A stretch of 25,530 nt of DNA from a virus (Duplodnaviria; Caudoviricetes): positions 1-25,530 of the IMG/VR virus record IMGVR_UViG_3300037789_000065; one strand, given 5' to 3'. This document shows, piece by piece, positions 23,981-25,530 of this stretch. The translations under genes were made by a program, and so were the position numbers. Position 1 is the first letter of the stretch; each line of letters begins with the position of its first letter. A model generated the notes under the pieces. That model ran no database searches and was not told the origin of the DNA. It saw nothing but the letters and a program-made list of their open reading frames with translations.

Positions 23981-25361
23981 TGCGGCTCATGAGTTCAGCG
24001 CGCTTTTCAAGTGTGAGCTCATTGCCGTAAATTTCGCGGCCACGGATGCGTTTCACAGAGTGGCCCATCAGCTCCCCTCTATCATCTGAATCTACGCCAG
24101 CGTCTTTCAAGCGGGTCTCAAAGCTGTGCCTTAGGCCACCGATTGTGACACCTGGCGGCAGCAACTTATGTTTCTTCAAAAACTTGTTCGCAGCGGCTGA
24201 GAAGCGGTCTTTTCCACGATAGCGCGGGAAGCCCTGGGGATTGCGTCTCATCGCTTCCAGAGCGGCGCCCAAGAGCGGCACCTGGCGGCCGGTTATCTTG
24301 TTTTTGACTTCCCTCTCATCGCCCTCAGCACGCTCCATCCGAATCCAGATGTAGGGGATTTCTGCGTCAAGGAAGATTGAAGACGGCGCCATGTCTGTGA
24401 CTTCGGCTTGTCTGCACCCTGTCTCAGCCAGAATGTAAATCAGGTCGCGCAGCTGCTCGTTCATATCTTTCAGAGTTTCCGGCTTCATCAGGTTTTCAAG
24501 ACATTCAAGCGGCACTTCGTCTTTGCGATTATTCTCGTCTGTCCTGTTCAGGTCATCTGTGAGGCCTCTGAACGGGGAAGGTGGCATGTTCGTTTCATCA
24601 AAGCCTTCGTCTTTGAAGAACTTCTCCCAGAGCAGATTGAGGTTTTGAAGGTCTTTCTGAGCACTGCCGCCCTTGATTTTGCCTTCACCAATTTGCTTCA
24701 TAAACGATTTTCGCAGCGACACGGCGTTCTCGCGCGTGACATCTTCAAGCGGTATGTCGGCCCCAATTTGTTCAATGAGTTTCTTCGCTGGTCGCTCCCA
24801 TCTTGCCCGCCAACGCCGCTTTTGGGTGTGGTTTTTATACCGAATTTCGAGCGGGTATCTGTCACCCATCGATTCTGCGACTTCCATGATTGTGGGGCGC
24901 GGACGATCCACACCGCCCAGGACGGCTGTCACAGCTGGACTGCCTGGCGCATCCTGGTTTGTGATGAGCGTCTCAACGCGTCGCAGAAGATCGCCAAGGT
25001 CGCCCTGGGCAAGCTCCTCTGTCGTGCGGTATGAGAACCCGCGTGCATTCGTGAGTGCAACAATCGCCTCATAGTGTGAGCGAGTGCCAGGCGTCTCTTG
25101 GCCGAGTAAGCGGGCGTCAAGTTCGCTGATCAGCTGACGCTCGACAACAGCTGCATAAGCCTGAGCTTCTCTCTTGTCGCCGGTTTTGAGGCTTCGGAAG
25201 AGGAACGTCTTCGGCTCGATGTGCTTGTAACGCACAGGCACACGCATCCTGAAATGGTATGTGTCGCCGCGTTTGATGAGCCCGCCCAACTGGTTTGATT
25301 CCTCTGTTTGTGTAGCAAGGGATGTAGCAGTTGGGCGGTAGGGGATCAAGGCGTTGGTCAT
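23937..25361 (-). CDS. Tyrosine recombinase/phage integrase with a DUF6538-like N-terminal domain
   Basis: N-terminal LIKRGDTYHFRMRVP...RSLKTGD; catalytic ETGCR, VKN, LRHSF, LMGH and Tyr in EIYG. Alternative TTG start at 25289 after GAGGA. Confidence 0.93.
   Translation of the reverse strand: MTNALIPYRPTATSLATQTEESNQLGGLIKRGDTYHFRMRVPVRYKHIEPKTFLFRSLKTGDKREAQAYAAVVERQLISELDARLLGQETPGTRSHYEAIVALTNARGFSYRTTEELAQGDLGDLLRRVETLITNQDAPGSPAVTAVLGGVDRPRPTIMEVAESMGDRYPLEIRYKNHTQKRRWRARWERPAKKLIEQIGADIPLEDVTRENAVSLRKSFMKQIGEGKIKGGSAQKDLQNLNLLWEKFFKDEGFDETNMPPSPFRGLTDDLNRTDENNRKDEVPLECLENLMKPETLKDMNEQLRDLIYILAETGCRQAEVTDMAPSSIFLDAEIPYIWIRMERAEGDEREVKNKITGRQVPLLGAALEAMRRNPQGFPRYRGKDRFSAAANKFLKKHKLLPPGVTIGGLRHSFETRLKDAGVDSDDRGELMGHSVKRIRGREIYGNELTLEKRAELMSRITLPVERLSLPSPD
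25311..25329. repeat. Tandem TGTAGCA direct repeat, candidate integrase arm-type sites
   Basis: TGTAGCA at 25311-25317 and 25323-25329 (12-nt period) at the 5' end of the integrase. Confidence 0.4.
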
Positions 25362-25530
25362 GACAACCTCTTCGATACACTAAGTTCCCAAAACTCTCCC
25401 TTAGCAGTCAGTTCTATCCACTCTTGGATCTCAAAACCATCAGCGACGTATGGAAGAACGGTGTGTGCTGTGTTGTTGCGAAGTCTCACAAACTCACCAG
25501 ACTTAACGGCATAGAAGCCTGTTTTTGGTC

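Larger units (their letters stand above)
1..25530. mobile_element. Temperate lambda-like siphovirus/prophage, morphogenesis-lysis-integrase segment (boundaries not visible; repressor and replication modules lie outside the window)
   Basis: Colinear terminase-portal-protease-capsid-tail-tape measure-lysis genes on +, followed by a tyrosine integrase; no sheath or baseplate-wedge genes recognised. Confidence 0.95.

Noticed and set aside
1-25530. Gene transfer agent
   Set aside because: GpA/lambda-type head genes, a full lysis cassette and an integrase indicate a temperate phage rather than an RcGTA-like cluster

Overview
The window is the late (morphogenesis and lysis) half of a temperate, lambda-like siphovirus or prophage, probably from an Alphaproteobacterium (inferred from the gene families). 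Order on +: terminase small and large (Nu1/GpA type), gpW, lambda-type portal, ClpP-type prohead protease, gpE-type major capsid, head-tail and tail-completion genes, tail tube, tail chaperone G/GT with a -1 frameshift, tape measure, four tail-tip/receptor-binding genes, a metallophosphoesterase, a small phage-encoded sigma factor, a lysis cassette (M15 endolysin, holin, two extra membrane proteins, spanins) and two hypotheticals. A convergent tyrosine integrase is on the - strand. The main unexplained structure is a bipartite motif, CGCAAA-N15-GGGCAAYAAYA, that I found six times by eye. It is always on +, always has a 15-nt spacer, and lies upstream of gpW, the protease, the capsid gene (from inside the protease gene), the tail tube, the tail chaperone and the endolysin. 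It looks like a late promoter read by the phage's own sigma factor. At two copies (gpW, endolysin) the promoter overlaps a hairpin that would hide the ribosome-binding site or start codon in read-through RNA but not in promoter-initiated RNA. All calls come from reading the sequence and the ORF track; no searches were run.
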